Shown: one piece after another, positions 61,900-64,000 of the stretch
How positions within the stretch are numbered: position 1 is the first letter of the stretch
How the letters are laid out: every line of letters begins with the position of its first letter
DNA from: Chlorokybus atmophyticus
Taxonomy: Eukaryota > Plantae > Mesostigma and Chlorokybus algae
DNA: 64,000 nucleotides
Assembly (NCBI GenBank): GCA_009103225.1
Contig: RHPI01001965.1
Coordinates: 325,114 to 389,113, forward strand
Direction of reading: 5' to 3'
The notes under the pieces: model-generated
What the model saw: the letters and a program-made list of their open reading frames with translations, nothing else
The model's database searches: none
What the model was told of the DNA's origin: nothing
Made by a program: the position numbers and the translations under genes

Positions 61900-64000
61900 A
61901 AAGCGCCAAGCGCCAGTCTATCGCTTGACAGTTCCAATGATGGATGCATCCGCAACCAGCAGACGCCGCTTCACAGAGGATGCAAGTGTGTGCGATTGAG
62001 GGCAATCATTCGATGAGTTGGCATCAATCGCGAAGACAAGCTGTAGCAGGCTTCTTTGCTTCCGTTTGCGCACGCATGGCGAGTTGTGTGCATTCGTCTA
62101 CATGTCGAGCCAACTTCATGCCAGCACGCGTGCAATCTATCTAACGATCGGTCATCCGTTGTCAACAAGTATACTGTTCACTCAGCAGCCGTGTCTGCTT
62201 GAGTGCAGGGTTTCATGTCGCACTGTTGCCTAACAGAATGTGTGCGTTATTGTTAAATAGTTTGGCTTGTGACATGCATAGCCACTGTCCAATGATACGT
62301 CATGCAGCAGTCAGTACAACAGCAAGACCACCACTGGGCTGTCATATAGTATTTGTCTATACTCACTACACTCACTACACTACCTACCCGCAGGCTTTAT
62401 AAGCTCCATTACATTGTATTGCATTCCATTTGCGTACATACGCAAGCCGTTACCTGCCTACAGGGCAGTGTGTGCACTATCAGAACACAAATGGCGACAG
62501 TTGCGCTTGAAAAAGACTAAGCGTATTGCATGAAATCTGGGTGTGTCAGAGATATGCTAGGTAGTCGTGTGTACATTATGTGTGTAAATGTATGGTGTCG
62601 TCCGGTCTGGTGCTAGCAAGCTTTAACCGCGTGGCAACACTTGTATCTGGGTGCATTAGTCAGTGCATCAAAGCAGCAGAGCGGGCGGGGGAGGCACGCT
62701 CTACATGTGTACTAATAGAAGTTCCATTGCTTCAATCTTCAACATGCAAACTGGAAGACGCCCATAAGATAGTAGATAGAAGCAAGCAAGCAGCATAGCT
62801 GCAAGGGTTGGCCTAGACCCTTGCTAGCTCAATGCACCATAGGGTTGCTGATAGCTTCCCGCAACAAACCCACTAACCTGTACGGCAGCGCCACAATTAG
62901 CAACTGCCGTAAGTGGGCAGTGCTACTGTGTGTGCCACCCGACTATGTACTTCGCGCGCGAAACCCCAATCTGCCACTTTTCACACAACTTGCAATGACA
63001 AATTCGAATCTGAATGGCGATGTCAATGTAAACACCCTTGTAGTGTGGCAACATACTTGTTGTATGCTATGGCACTCGTGGCAAGCAGTCATGCATGCTT
63101 GGATTGAATGCATTAGGCATGCAAAGACAGTTGGCACGGCCACCGACAACACATGTAGGCATAATATATGCTCCACGCATGCCATTGACTTCTCTGTGCA
63201 CTTGATGATATACATGACATGCAGTAATTCCATTCAGCAATGCATGATCATGCCACATTCTACCCCTCAGCTTGAATAACAAACGACCCACTGCATAGCC
63301 CTGCCGTGACATGTCTTTCAACAACTTACCAAGTTGTGAATGAAATTCTACTTGTGGGTGCTCAACTGCTTAAAACATGCAATGGGTGACAATTACCCCG
63401 TACTTACAACTGGCTGAGGATGCAGTGCTCTGCGTGGGATAGGGATACATGCATAGCACACCAAACTAGCACCTCCACAATAAGGTATACTTGCCTTCAT
63501 TAAGTTACGCGCTGTCTATGCAATACAAAGGCTGCTGTGCCTCGTAGACTGCCACTGAATCCAACCTTGTGTATGTCCCCTTTGTACATTGTTTACACTG
63601 TCATGCTCTATTCTAAATTGATGCCAAAACTGCGGCTAGCGTTGACACAACAACATTATGGTCAGCCTGGCTTTGCTTTCTCAAGCACTCTAGCATTTGC
63701 AGGTGTTGACACTCTTGACATTCTTCCCGTACTGTGCGCAAACAACACACGACGTCAGTCCAAGTGCCATAGTGATAAAATCCAACAATAACAACATAGG
63801 CCATGCCACATTGCGTGCTGCAAGCTGCCACGTAGGGCTTGCAAAGAACAAATAAACAGTAACACTTGTTTACCTTGATGTCGTTGGTGGCAGGGCACAC
63901 CAGCACAGCTGACTCAGATTTGGGGAACACAGACGACCACGACTGCAGGGTACCCTGTGCATGTAAATCACAATCAGTGGGTGTGGTTGGAATCATTCAC
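61900..64000 (-). pseudogene. Paralog B of pseudogene A (tandem duplicate; continues beyond the window)
   Basis: 63663-63962 is similar to 57903-58213 (GTLQSWSSVFP, VAACSTQC, TCKC); 63460-63650 to 57600-57850; 62199-62582 partly to 56846-57008. Confidence 0.55.

Noticed and set aside
56200-64000. TAG/TAA-to-Gln stop-codon reassignment as the explanation for in-frame TAGs
   Set aside because: The 666-codon ClpB exon and all conserved exons have no in-frame TAR, and several intact genes (cyclin L, ArnT-like, PAF-AH-like, BTB) end in TAG. C->T decay fits better.

Overview
Eukaryotic nuclear DNA with GT-AG introns, most likely from a flagellated green alga (kinesin-9/KLP1, plastid ClpB, land-plant-like cyclin L); the species cannot be determined from this window. 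Positions 1-8300 are a nest of decayed Ty3/Gypsy (chromovirus-like) retroelements. Then come about 11 protein genes: BTB protein, R3H-SUZ, a possible F-box-like gene, ABC1 kinase/beta-lactamase fusion, WD40-like, cyclin L1, an orphan membrane protein, kinesin-9, ClpB3, PAF-acetylhydrolase-like and an ArnT/GT39-like transferase. The window ends in a tandem pair of dead secreted-protein genes. The most striking signal is three related miniature LTR elements (TRIMs; ~24960-25560, 58829-59422, 59955-60943). In these, a tRNA-type RNA polymerase III promoter appears split across the LTR/PBS junction: an A-box lies near the 3' end of the LTR, a T-arm/B-box lies just after the tRNA-iMet primer-binding site, and a T4 run precedes the A-box. 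Recurrent CAG->TAG stops in the duplicated and repeat sequences are a second notable pattern. All alignments were done by eye; tRNA and protein reference sequences are recalled from memory and need verification.
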